NCBI GenBank assembly: GCA_963772725.1 | Contig: CAVYYI010000001.1 | Coordinates: 64,001-128,000 of the forward strand | Length of the DNA stretch: 64,000 bases | Source of the DNA: an uncultured Phycisphaerales bacterium | Lineage (GTDB): Bacteria; Planctomycetota; Phycisphaerae; Sedimentisphaerales; Anaerobacaceae | Reading direction: 5' to 3' | In this document: one piece after another, positions 1-12,428 of the stretch | Layout of the letters: every line of letters begins with the position of its first letter | How positions within the stretch are numbered: position 1 is the stretch's first letter | Program-made: the position numbers and the translations under genes | The notes under the pieces: model-generated | Databases searched by the model: none | Told to the model about the DNA's origin: nothing | The model's input: only the letters and a program-made list of their open reading frames with translations

Positions 1-1067
1 GCCACTATATCTGTGATAAATAAAAGTTCGAATACGACTTTATACTTTACTCCCAAGTTTACGGTAATCTATAATGCCACACGGCCGACATTGTCATCAA
101 CAAGCGACCTGTATGCGGTATGGACATCCGCCGGGGAAAATCCTTTCGGCACAGGCACAAATACCACGCTCAGTCCTACTGACGCCGAGATAGTAGATGG
201 CAACATAGTCTGGACATATCCTACGCAGACTAATTTTGATTTAAGCGCGTCGATGGATGTGTCAACTGATTATAATGAGCCGATGCTGAGATATACCTTA
301 ACAGCTAAAACCGCGGGGTGGTTCATGCTTGCTTACACAGGCGCTCCCGAGGTTGACCCGAATACAATGGAAATACTCAACCAGCCGACGATGTGGACAA
401 GCAAGCCAATTGACCCGCCGGATTGTTCACCGCCCGCCTTCCCGACTTCACCAAAGTTTGCGCAGGAATATCTCTCGCCGATGTCTCTTGTTATGACGAG
501 AAACAGCGGTAAAGATTGTGCGGTAATTGTCAGCCCTGAAATTGAATCCTTCCGTCTGCCGCATTACAAGAATGTCGAATTTGGGCTTTGTATCAGGAAT
601 CTGAACGGCAAGGCACAGCCGCTCATTTTCTCACCGGAAATGGGTGCGCAGGATATCAATCTGCCGACCGACAAAGATTCGTACTTAGCGGTAAATGACA
701 CATTCAGTTTCAGCGTTCTGTGGGCTGTGGATAACTCCGAGTGGTCTGACTTTTACAAGGGCATAGTCAAGAATGTTTATAAAGTCAGAGATTTGCGTGA
801 TAATACTGGTCCGGGCTCTTTGAATAAACTTCTGGCCAATTTAACCGATTATGCGTTGGATGCCGACGGCAACAACTACAATATGTGGGATTCCAACCAG
901 AAGTGCAACGAATACTGGACAGACGACCCGTGCGCATACAAGATGATGAACGGCCTGTTCGCGATAAATTCCGCGATAGTGCTGGATAACAACGATATGT
1001 TCTGGTCCCGCGCACTGCCGCAGATGGAATACGCCCTCAGCCGCCAAACAGCTGTATTCACTCCGTA

Positions 1068-2721
1068 AAGACTTCTGCAAAATGAATGATTTTTAGCAGA
1101 GGTCGGAACGGATAAACAACGCAATGGCAGTGGAACTGATGGATTATTGCAGCATGAGTGTGAATTTTGGTTTTTTTAAGGCCAGAAGGCCTGTCTAGAG
1201 ACAGAGTATCCCCGAGAGTTCTGTCTTAGCTCTTTGAAAAGTTAATCGTTCAACGTCAACTGAGACATCAGCCGGCCTTGCGTCGGTTTGGTATTTGTGC
1301 GAATGTTTTATGGCAACGCATTTTCCCGGGCTGTTTAAGCAATATAGCAGCGGCAACGCCGATAAGACTTGCCGTCAGATGAGCGATTGTCATCTGATTA
1401 CGCACGGTTTTCAATGAATAGTGCGTAGTCTGTTCAGCTTCACGGTCTCCTAACCGAGCAAAGTATTGCTCAACTGATTCTCTTTGCTTGAAAGTTTCCT
1501 TAAATTCCCTTGAATCCCTTGGGACACGCGAACGTGCATCTTCAGTGATATCAATGTACTTGGTACAGCCGTAGCATTTGCCGGTATTGAAGGATGGAAG
1601 GTTTACCGGACAGGTGTTACTAAGTTTTTCAGCAGTCTTTTTGCTGACCTTTAAGGGGCAGCGAAACTTGATGCGTTCACGATTGCCCTCGGTCCATCTT
1701 CCGGTCGACCTCATTTCAAGACCAGCATCACAGATGGGACAGCCGTGAGGGCCAAAAGTCTTGTCATCTTTCTGATTTCTTGGGTTGATTGGGATATATG
1801 GGTTTCCCTTCATCTTTCCAACTATAAAGGTGTACAGGTCTCTGACATCGTAGGCCTTATCCGCAAGAAACAGAAAGCCTTTTCTGACCCTGTATCTGCG
1901 TTTGAGTTCTTTAAGCAGCTTGAAGGCAACCTGCTGGTCTGTGGTGTTGTTTGGCAGAGTTATTTCAACAAGCGATATTCCTTGTTTTGAGATTATGACA
2001 TGTGTCCTGTATCCCCAGAAGAACAGCATGTTTTCCTTTTTGCCGTTGAGGACCTGACAAGAATAATAGCTCAATGTTGCAGCAGGATTTCGAGTGGGCG
2101 TCTTGGTTTTATCGGTGGTGTTTCGGGCGGGATTTTTGAGATTATTTTCTTTTGTGGCAGCCATAACAGGTTTGGAGTCAATGATCAAGGTATCAAGGCT
2201 GACTAATCCCTGTTCGATAAGCCGCTGATTTAGACGGTAATGAATTTCTTTGAGAACAGAGTTATCGGTATCTGCCAAGAAACGATAGAATTGGGATTCG
2301 TCCGGCATATTCCCGAGCGTAAAGCCGCACAGTTCCAGCAGAGGCGGATTGGCTTGAAGATATTCGATAAGCTCAGGGACAGATTTTATTTGCTGAAGAT
2401 GTTTGACGATGAGTGCTCTCAGGATGGCATGTCGTGAGTGACCTGTTCTGCCGACACCGAAGTTTCTGTCGGGCAGAATGGAAATATCGAGAGCCTGAAA
2501 GAGATAGAAGTACTTTCGCAGCAGCGATGAATTTCTGACAAGCTCCTGGAGGTCATAAAATAGTGACGTTTGAACGTGGTACATAAAAAAATCTCCTTTA
2601 TTTTGGTTGTAAGTCCTTTTACTGACAACGCTTACATAATATCCAAAATGGAGGAGATTGCAAGAAAAATAATGACATAAGTCGTTATTTAACAAATATT
2701 TATGAATTTTACAAAAGGCTT
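1068..2721 (-). mobile_element. Insertion sequence copy 1 (1654 bp, DDE transposase, IS1182/IS5-like; family uncertain)
   Basis: Imperfect TIRs AAGACTTCTGCAAAAT / ATTTTACAAAAGGCTT; 11-bp TSD TTCACTCCGTA at 1057-1067 and 2722-2732; near-identical copies at 42797 and 44461. Confidence 0.95.
1268..2695 (-). CDS. DDE transposase (true start probably at MYHVQ)
   Basis: Motifs IIDSKP, FWGYRTH, LADKAYD, RESVEQYF; Cys-rich insert CPICDAG…FRCP. Confidence 0.9.
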   Translation of the reverse strand: MLNNDLCHYFSCNLLHFGYYVSVVSKRTYNQNKGDFFMYHVQTSLFYDLQELVRNSSLLRKYFYLFQALDISILPDRNFGVGRTGHSRHAILRALIVKHLQQIKSVPELIEYLQANPPLLELCGFTLGNMPDESQFYRFLADTDNSVLKEIHYRLNQRLIEQGLVSLDTLIIDSKPVMAATKENNLKNPARNTTDKTKTPTRNPAATLSYYSCQVLNGKKENMLFFWGYRTHVIISKQGISLVEITLPNNTTDQQVAFKLLKELKRRYRVRKGFLFLADKAYDVRDLYTFIVGKMKGNPYIPINPRNQKDDKTFGPHGCPICDAGLEMRSTGRWTEGNRERIKFRCPLKVSKKTAEKLSNTCPVNLPSFNTGKCYGCTKYIDITEDARSRVPRDSREFKETFKQRESVEQYFARLGDREAEQTTHYSLKTVRNQMTIAHLTASLIGVAAAILLKQPGKMRCHKTFAQIPNRRKAG

Positions 2722-5201
2722 TTCACTCCGTATGATAAGGAGTACGTGGTAACGTACGACAATAATATGACAGGTCCGCTTACTACAGCCGTTGATTTAG
2801 GCAATTACTACGCGATTTCAGGCAACCGCACCACTGCGTGCAAGATTTACTCTCTGGAAAAGAAACCAAGTTTCACAGGACATCTTTTCTATAATGCTCT
2901 GGAGTGGTACCGTCTATACGGCAATTCCAGTGATTTGAGTACTGCCATCACCGGTGCATACACCACTATCGCCGACCATTACAGGTACACTGATTTCTGG
3001 AAGTTTATGGAAATTTACGAAGAAACAGGCGACCCGAACTTCCTGACAGAGGCTACAAAGGCCGGTTATGAATTCCTGACGTCTCTTAATGTTAACCCGC
3101 GGGTTTTCGATGAAAATATTTTAGTGGATGAATTTGACCAGGCTCCGATACACTTCGGAACTCCGGGCAGGCACGTGCTGTGGGGATTTGACCCGCCGCT
3201 TCCTATGTACGCTCCTGAGCAAACCGTGCCCACGTGGCGTCCGGCCCTTACGGGTTTATTCCCAATGGCATATCGTGCATTTACATTCATTGAATACCCC
3301 GGCGGATTAACACGTCTGGCATGGTATGCAAACGATGACCTTATGCGAACAATGGCGCGATGGGCAATCGTCGGCAGATGGGCGAATTACCCCGGTCAGC
3401 AGTTCTCGAGAACACATTCATTAGTCTATGAACAAGATGACTTCTGCATGCATCCTCTTGAATATATGACGTTTACATCAATGCATTTGTGGCATCACTG
3501 GCAGTATATACCCTGGACGATTGACTTTATGGTTAATGAAGCGATAACCAGGTCAGAAGGCAACATCGATTTCCCATCCCGGAGACTCTTTGACGGCGGC
3601 GCCGGTGGAAGAATAAACATCTGGGGCGACAGGCCCGGTTCATTCTACGGCGATGACGATGTAAGACTCTGGATTCCCAATAACCTTCTTACGCTCGGCA
3701 GTCAGCAGATTAACTACATCGCAGGCTACGGCAACGGCAATCTTTACCTTGCCCTGTCGAACGAGTCCGCAAGTGCTCTCAGCAACGTCAGCTTAAGTGT
3801 AAGCTCCAGTAAAGTCTCTTATGGCTCTTCGCATACGATAAAGGTCTGGAAGAATAATGTCGCTCAAAGCGATAAGACCCTATCGAACGGCACTGTGAAC
3901 GTTGATATTCCTGCGAAAGGCCTTACAGCTCTGATTATTGAGGGTGTTGATGCTATAACAAGCAGGGTTCATACCAACCTGTTCAAACCAGCTTATACGC
4001 TGACAGATAAGAGTCTTGTCAGGGATACTACTACCGAAAGTTATGGCAGTATGATAGGTATGATTCTTTCCTTTGGTCCTGAGCTGACCGAGGCATATAC
4101 CTATACCGATGCCCGACCTTCATACTCACAGAACATTGCAGGCGATACTAACAACGTAAAGATGATTTACAGGCTTGACGGTGGTTCATGGTTGTCGACT
4201 GCAGTGGACCATAAATTCCCATTTGAGTTCTCTGTACAGATTAGTCCGGACATCAACACCTTTGAATATAAATACGAGGAAAGAAATGACAATAATGTGC
4301 TTACAACGTTGAGCGTCTATACACTAATAGTTACCCCTTACCATGCCAGCAAACCGAGTCCTGCGCATGAGGCACACGCAAAATCAACTGCTGACTTAAG
4401 CTGGAAGGCGGGATACTATGCCGCTTCACACAATGTTTACTTCGGCACATCTGAGAGCGCTGTTACTACTGCAACAACCGCTTCATCGGTTTACAAAGGC
4501 AACCAGACAGGAAAAACTTATGACCCGGGTGCTTTGACAGCGGGTGTAACTTATTATTGGCGAATTGACGAAGTTAATGCCGGCGACAGCAACAGCCCGT
4601 GGAAGGGTGCTGTCTGGAACTTTAGAGTGGAGAACATGATTGACCCCAATAGTTTGACTGCTACCGCAATAAACAACTACCTTAACCGTGATCCTGTATA
4701 TGCGGTAAACAGTGCGGGTATGTCAGGTGATGCTCATGCGAGTGACACCCCTGTATACAAGATGTGGATGGGCGCAAACGGCACTTGGCCGAAGTGGTTC
4801 AAGGTTGACCTCGGCAGCAGCACCAGTATGGATTTCATGAGGATTTGGAATTTCAACTGGACAGGCTATACCACCCGCGGCTGTCAGGGTGTCAACCTTT
4901 ATTACTCCAATTCCGGTTCTGACCCCGGCAACCCGGTAGATAATCCCGGCAACTGGACGGCTATCGGCAGCGCATTTGATTTACACAGCGCCGGGTGCGA
5001 GTGATTACGGTACAACTAATGCGGTCAAACCCGACGAAGTGGACCTCTCAGGTATTACAGCTCGATGGATATCAATCAAGGTTAACGGTCACTATGGCGG
5101 CAACTATGGCGGTCTCAGCGAGATACGGTTCTATAAGGAGTAATGTTTTTCAGTAAAGTTTCATCCTTGACGAGTATTATCTTTGGTATTGAAAAAACAA
5201 C

Positions 5202-5241
5202 AAAAAGGCGTGGCGGGCAAACTGCTCGCTACGCTTTTTTT
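5202..5241 (+). terminator. Rho-independent terminator
   Basis: Stem GCGTGGCGGGCA / TGCTCGCTACGC with AAC loop, followed by T7; A-run upstream. Confidence 0.8.
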
Positions 5242-5299
5242 GTCTTTTTTTCAAAATTAATTCTTGCTATCGACGTTAATCTGGTATAATTAAGGTGCT

Positions 5300-5944
5300 A
5301 TGGCTAAGTATCCAATATATCTTGAGCTTAGCGGCAAGCGTGTCGTAGTCGTGGGGGCTGGCGTTGTAGCTGCACGGAAAGTTCAGTCGCTGTTATCGAC
5401 AGGATCCCGCATTGTGGTCGTGGGCGAACATGTTGACGATACCTTAACCGCAATTTGTCAGGAAGGCGGCGTTGAGCTTATCAGGGCAAAATATGCCAAG
5501 GATTATCTCGGACGTGCAGTTCTTGTTATCGCGGCGACAAATGACAATCAGCTCAACAGGCAGATATACAAAGACTGCCAGGAGCTGGAAATTTTATGCA
5601 ATGTTGTCGATGAGCCGGAACTGTGCGATTTCTTTGTGCCGGCGGTTATCGAGCGGGGTAATCTTCAGATTGCGGTCTGCACGGAAGGAACGTGTCCGGC
5701 TTACGCGGGCCACATAAAGAAAAAACTCGAACAGATTTTCACTGAGAAACACGGGCAATTCCTGGCTGAACTCGAAAAAGTAAGGAAACAAGTTGTAAGC
5801 GATATACCTGAGATGGCAGACCGCAAAGCGATTTTGGGACAACTGGTTGACGATGAGTCGTTCGATTATTTTGTGAAAAACGGCCCGACAGCATGGTGCA
5901 GCCGAGCCGAAAAAATCGCGAACCAATACGAGAATCGCGTCTGA
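5300..5944 (+). CDS. sirC: Precorrin-2 dehydrogenase / sirohydrochlorin ferrochelatase (CysG N-terminal / SirC)
   Basis: YPIYLELSGKRVVVVGAGVVAARK, LCNVVDEPELCDFFVPA, AVCTEGTCP motifs. Confidence 0.88.
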   Translation: MAKYPIYLELSGKRVVVVGAGVVAARKVQSLLSTGSRIVVVGEHVDDTLTAICQEGGVELIRAKYAKDYLGRAVLVIAATNDNQLNRQIYKDCQELEILCNVVDEPELCDFFVPAVIERGNLQIAVCTEGTCPAYAGHIKKKLEQIFTEKHGQFLAELEKVRKQVVSDIPEMADRKAILGQLVDDESFDYFVKNGPTAWCSRAEKIANQYENRV

Positions 5945-6274
5945 TTACGCCTGAATGGTGTCGATTGTAACGTGCAGATACTTCTGACGGTGGCCGATAC
6001 GTTTCTTGCTGTTCTTGCGCCTGCGAAAATAGGTCGAAAAGACCTTTTTGCCTTTTACAACGGCGTCCTGCGCAACGGTTTTAAACGAAGCGATTACCTT
6101 TGCCCCCTCTATATAGGGCGTACCTATCTTAATTTTCTCGCCATCGCTCACGAACAGAACCTTATTCAGCTCTATGGTCTTGGCTTCAGGGGCAACTTCG
6201 GTCAACTCGATATCCAGGCTGTCGCCCTGTGCAACCTTATATTGTTTTCCGCCTTGTTCAATTACTGCGTACAT
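5945..6274 (-). CDS. rplU: 50S ribosomal protein L21
   Basis: MYAVIEQGGKQYKV…GHRQKY; start corrected to the ATG at 6274, with an AGGAG RBS upstream. Confidence 0.95.
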   Translation of the reverse strand: MYAVIEQGGKQYKVAQGDSLDIELTEVAPEAKTIELNKVLFVSDGEKIKIGTPYIEGAKVIASFKTVAQDAVVKGKKVFSTYFRRRKNSKKRIGHRQKYLHVTIDTIQA

Positions 6275-6424
6275 TCCTAAAAAACTCCTTAGCTTTGTCG
6301 TACTTAAATTTACAGAAACAGGTATTCTATGATTATTCCATTTTTTTGTAAAGCAAAATTTGATATTTTTGTTGTCTCTTGCCGAATATGTTATAGAAAT
6401 CGACGATTTTAGGAGCATTTTTTT

Positions 6425-7258
6425 ATGCAGATAGCGATGATACAGGGCAAAATGATGCCATTTGAACAATTTGAACCGGCTTATTTAGACCGCGGTTTAT
6501 ATTTTGGCGACGGTGTTTATGAGGTTTTGCGCAGCTATAACGGCAAAATTTTCGCCCTCGAAGAGCATATACAGCGATTCGCCAACAGCCTGGCAGCAAT
6601 TGAAATAACAAGCGTGGATGTCAGCGAGATAAAGCTTCGTGTGCAAAAGGCCTATGAAGCGGCGGCAATTTCCAACGCAAAAATTTATTTTCATATTACA
6701 CGGGGCTCCGGGCCGCGAAATCATAGCTGGGATTCGAATCTCAAGCCGAATTTTTTTATGACAATTACCGAACTGGAAGACAATCCCAAGCTCAAGACTG
6801 ACGGCGTTGCGGTGTCTTTGTATCCTGATATGCGTTGGAAAAGATGTGATATAAAGTCCCTGAATCTTCTTCCGAACGTCCTCGCTCACCAAGATGCCAA
6901 GAAAAAAGGCTGTTTCGAGGCGATACTGGTCAACGATGCCGGGCTTATAACAGAGGGGTCAAGCTCTGCGTTTTTCGAGATTTTTGGCAAAAATCTGCAA
7001 ACCGCACCGCTGTCCGTAAATATTCTGCCATCGGTAACACGCAAATTCATTCTTAAAGCCGCGAAAAATATCGGTATGGGAATAATTGAAAAAGCGTTAA
7101 CGCCACAACAGGCCGCGGCAGCGGATGAGCTTTTTCTTGCCGTTACCACTAAGGACATTATCGGCATAGTTAAATTTGACGGAAAAATTATCGGCGACGG
7201 CAAACCAGGAAAGTACACAAAAATGCTCACGGAAGAGTTCCGCTCCTTTACTGTCTAA
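6425..7258 (+). CDS. dat: D-amino acid aminotransferase (class IV PLP)
   Basis: DRGLYFGDGVYEV, RWKRCDIKSLNLLPN, ITEGSSS motifs. Confidence 0.85.
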   Translation: MQIAMIQGKMMPFEQFEPAYLDRGLYFGDGVYEVLRSYNGKIFALEEHIQRFANSLAAIEITSVDVSEIKLRVQKAYEAAAISNAKIYFHITRGSGPRNHSWDSNLKPNFFMTITELEDNPKLKTDGVAVSLYPDMRWKRCDIKSLNLLPNVLAHQDAKKKGCFEAILVNDAGLITEGSSSAFFEIFGKNLQTAPLSVNILPSVTRKFILKAAKNIGMGIIEKALTPQQAAAADELFLAVTTKDIIGIVKFDGKIIGDGKPGKYTKMLTEEFRSFTV

Positions 7259-7461
7259 AAGTCCTTCCAAATGACAATCTAACGCGGCGAGACTAAGTCG
7301 TCACCAATTTAGCCGCTAAGCTGATATAATTAAATTGACGAAGCGACCTTTGTGATAGATACTAACCGGATGAATCCAATTGCCTCGGCAGGTAATATGA
7401 CGCTCTTTGAAAGCAGCGATGAAGAGAATTTGAAAATATTATATTATTTGGGGTATATAAA

Positions 7462-7998
7462 ATGACAAATAAACTGTTGATGCTGGCTGTGTGTGTTTTA
7501 TTAAGTATCGTAGGTTGCACAGGTACTGACAAAACCGGCAATAGTAACCGCACCCTTAATAAGCAATTTCCGGCATTTCTGGCAGGTACCTGGGAGCCAA
7601 ATGAGAGCAAGTGGATTTTTACTTTTGAGCCGAATGGGACTATCTCAAAATTTCAGCATTTTGTTGGAATGGAATTTATAGTGGCACAGGGCGGCCTTGT
7701 TGAGCCGTGGCGCAACGACGCGGAAGCAATCTACTCCCTTGGTCCCTGCGAGGCTTCGTATGAGCCGAAGACACGGCAATTGAGTGTAAAAATTGTCATA
7801 GAACATTATGTAATCAAATTCATCAACGGTTCAATGGAAGGAAGTTTTCATGACACTCTCGTTGGGCCTGTTTCCGAAGACGGCAAAATCTGGAATGCCT
7901 CATGGATAAGCACCTGTGAAATAACCGGGCATGGTACGGACACAATGAAGCCCAAGATGCTTATCTTCACAAAAGTATCCGACAAAACCTCGAAATAA
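7462..7998 (+). CDS. Hypothetical lipoprotein
   Basis: Signal peptide with lipobox IVGC; no family recognised. Confidence 0.65.
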   Translation: MTNKLLMLAVCVLLSIVGCTGTDKTGNSNRTLNKQFPAFLAGTWEPNESKWIFTFEPNGTISKFQHFVGMEFIVAQGGLVEPWRNDAEAIYSLGPCEASYEPKTRQLSVKIVIEHYVIKFINGSMEGSFHDTLVGPVSEDGKIWNASWISTCEITGHGTDTMKPKMLIFTKVSDKTSK

Positions 7999-8045
7999 AC
8001 CGAAACGTTGGCGGACGCAGGCAAATCATTTTTGGGAGCGTAATT

Positions 8046-8411
8046 TTGTTCACAATCAGCGTTGAAACAAGTTTTTGGGCATCGCATCAGTTGACGCTGC
8101 CGGACGGCTCAAAAGAACATCCGCACTGGCATAATTGGCTGGTCTCGGTTAAGGTCGCCGGTGAAAGCCTTAATAAAATGGGGTTGCTTATGGACTTTGG
8201 TGTGTTGAAAAAGATGCTCGAAGCAATAGTCGCACCTTTTAGAAATGTCAGTCTCGAAACCATCGAATATTTTCAGCGGAACAACTCGTCGGCGGAAATG
8301 GCAGCTAAATATATTTATGAGAAGCTTGAGCTTGATATGCCGAAAGATGTCAAACTTATGTCCGTGAAAATAGTCGAGGAGCCGTTTTGCTCAGCAAAAT
8401 TCAGCAAATAA
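8046..8411 (+). CDS. queD: 6-carboxytetrahydropterin synthase / PTPS family
   Basis: F.ASH.L…HWHNW.V.V, GLLMDF, NSSAEMAAKYIY motifs. Confidence 0.75.
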   Translation: MFTISVETSFWASHQLTLPDGSKEHPHWHNWLVSVKVAGESLNKMGLLMDFGVLKKMLEAIVAPFRNVSLETIEYFQRNNSSAEMAAKYIYEKLELDMPKDVKLMSVKIVEEPFCSAKFSK

Positions 8412-8551
8412 CACTTTTGACCGCAAAGTTGCCGCTTATAACTGCCGATATTTAACATAGAAACTCAAATGGAAAAACTGTGGATAAATTTTAAATATTT
8501 AATATTTTTCCGCAAAACAGAAAATGGTATAATACCCGCAAGGAAATGTTT

Positions 8552-9049
8552 ATGCAGTGCCAGATTTGTAATAAAAACGAAGCAACCATTCATCTGACCG
8601 AGATTTCGGACGGTGTGCGAAACGAAACGCATATCTGCGAACAGTGTGCTATTGAACAGGGCATCGCCGTTAAGAGCCAGATGCCGATAAACGAATTACT
8701 CAATAATCTGCTGATTTCTCAGCCGTCGGAAGAGGAAATATTCAGTCCTCTTGAAAAAGAGGTGTCGTGTCCTCACTGCGGCTTCACGCTCGAAAGATTC
8801 CGCAAGGAAGCGGTGCTGGGCTGTCCGGCCGATTACGAGGTTTTTGAACAATTTTTGCTTCCTCTTATAGAAAAGGCACAGAACGGCAAAACAATTCATT
8901 GCGGAAAAGTTCCCTCCAAAGTTGGGGTTGAATTAAAAAGTAAAATAGACCTTTCAATAACAAAAAAGCAGCTTGATGAGGCGGTTGCCGCCGAAGATTA
9001 TGAACTGGCGGCTAAACTGAGAGACAAGATAAAACAGCTTGAACAATAG
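8552..9049 (+). CDS. mcsA: Protein-arginine kinase activator McsA
   Basis: CxxC pairs, LGCPADY, C-terminal UVR motif EDYELAAKLRDKIK. Confidence 0.9.
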   Translation: MQCQICNKNEATIHLTEISDGVRNETHICEQCAIEQGIAVKSQMPINELLNNLLISQPSEEEIFSPLEKEVSCPHCGFTLERFRKEAVLGCPADYEVFEQFLLPLIEKAQNGKTIHCGKVPSKVGVELKSKIDLSITKKQLDEAVAAEDYELAAKLRDKIKQLEQ

Positions 9050-9063
9050 AAACGGCGTTTATA

Positions 9064-10194
9064 ATGAAACTGACTGAAATTAGTAATGATGTAAATGAAT
9101 GGTTCAGCGGCAGGGGGCCTCTGGCGGATATTGTCATATCATCCAGAATTCGATTGGCCAGAAACCTTGCGGGCCATAAGTTTCTCTGCTGCCTGCTCGA
9201 ACGATGATAAAGCCGAAATACTGCAAAAACTCAAGGATGTTTTGCTGTCCTTGAATCTGGGTGGAAAAAACTTTTATATGAGCATAGATAAGGCGCAGCC
9301 TCTCGAAAAGGATTTTCTCGTCGAGCGGCATCTTATCAGCCGTCATCATGCTTTTGGCAAAGGCCCGCGCGGAGCGGTGATCGCCGAAGATGAGTTTTTT
9401 ACCGCGATGATAAACGAGGAAGACCATCTGCGGACTCCAGGTACTTCAAGGCGGCCTTCAGCATAAGGCAGTGCTGGCGAGCAGATAAACCACATCGACG
9501 ATATGATTGAAAAGAAAGTCTGGAATACGCCTTCAGCCCGCGTTACGGCTATCTGACCGCCTGCCCGACCAATCTGGGAACTGGAATAAGGGTTTCGGTG
9601 ATGCTGCATCTGCCCGCGCTGAAAATGGCCGGCCATATAGAAAAATTTTTCAACGCTACAAGGGCGATGGACCTTGCCGTTCGAGGGCTGTTCGGCGAAG
9701 GCACCGAGGCTATCGGTGATTTTTATCAGCTTTCAAACCAGGTAACGCTCGGTATTTCAGAAGATAGCGTCGTGAACGATTTTGAAAACAGGATTGTCCC
9801 CGAAATTGTCGAATATGAAAATCAGGCAAGAAAATGGCTTCTCGCAAAAGATAAAGATGTTCTCGACGATAAAATTTCCCGCGCGATGGCCCTCCTGAAA
9901 AACGCACATCTAATAAGCTCGCAGGAGGCCCTGTTTTTGCTCAGCCACCTGCGACTCGGCATCAATATGCACACTCGCCTCGGCGCTTCGACCCCAGCAA
10001 TCGAGAGTCTGTGCAAACTTAAAGAAAAAAATGACGATTCGAACAACCCCTCTCCTATCACGATTACCACGATAAACAGGCTGTTTATGCTGACACTACC
10101 GGCCCATTTACAACTGAATTACGGCAAACCCCTCAACCCGACGCACAGAGACGCCCTGCGAGCCGAAATCATCCGTTCGATGCTAAGTCAGTAG
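9064..10194 (+). CDS. mcsB: Protein arginine kinase McsB (several frameshifts, probably assembly errors)
   Basis: IVISSRIRLARNL, MINEEDHLR, GYLTACPTNLGTG, MLHLPAL, YQLSNQVTLG motifs spread over different frames. Confidence 0.9.
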
Positions 10195-10240
10195 CGTTCA
10201 GTTTTTGAAAACCCGCCTGAAGTCTTCGGATTATTTCCCC

Positions 10241-10366
10241 TGCCAAAATGGCACAGTGGCCTAAGAGCTGAAAAGTAATGGGGTTTGGATATTTACTTAA
10301 GACCTTATAATATAAAGGATTAAGTATTGTGGCTGAATCGATGGTTAAGCTGGCACAGGTTTTGCA
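10241..10366 (+). promoter_or_regulatory. Sigma54 (-24/-12) promoter of dnaK with upstream palindrome
   Basis: TGGCAC-AGGTT-TTGCA at 10351-10366 (10 nt between GG and GC); palindrome TGCCAAAATGGCA at 10241-10253. Confidence 0.7.
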
Positions 10367-10423
10367 CAATAAACAGGGCAAGCGTAAGGTATTGCGCGGG
10401 AATTATAATGAAAGGGAAAAAAT

Positions 10424-12365
<1,942 letters not shown>

Positions 12366-12396
12366 GAAATCAAAAACAAATAGTTTTTGACTCGTT

Positions 12397-12428
12397 AAAG
12401 AGTACCGAAATGTATCGGTACTCTTTTT
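12397..12428. terminator. Bidirectional terminator between convergent dnaK and mnmE
   Basis: Perfect 12-bp stem AAAGAGTACCGA / TCGGTACTCTTT. Confidence 0.8.

Larger units (their letters stand above)
1..5143 (+). pseudogene. Large secreted modular protein (unassigned putative glycan-active core + Fn3-like + discoidin/F5-8-like domain); 5' truncated by window edge, split by an IS, C-terminal frameshift near 4985
   Basis: ORFs 13-1068 and 2746-5004 rejoin in frame (…AVFTP|YDKEYVVTYDNNM) once IS 1068-2721 and one TSD copy are removed. Collinear with paralogue 38005-42777. Tail APGASDYGTTN…GLSEIRFYKE* ends at 5143. Confidence 0.85.

Noticed and set aside
5945..6469. N-terminally extended L21, and rplU without adjacent rpmA
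   Set aside because: The extension is an ORF-caller artefact (real ATG at 6274); separation from rpmA alone is not remarkable.
8412..8551. CtsR box or CIRCE upstream of mcsA and the chaperone genes
   Set aside because: Only one GGTCAAA-like half-site; no TTAGCACTC-N9-GAGTGCTAA found.
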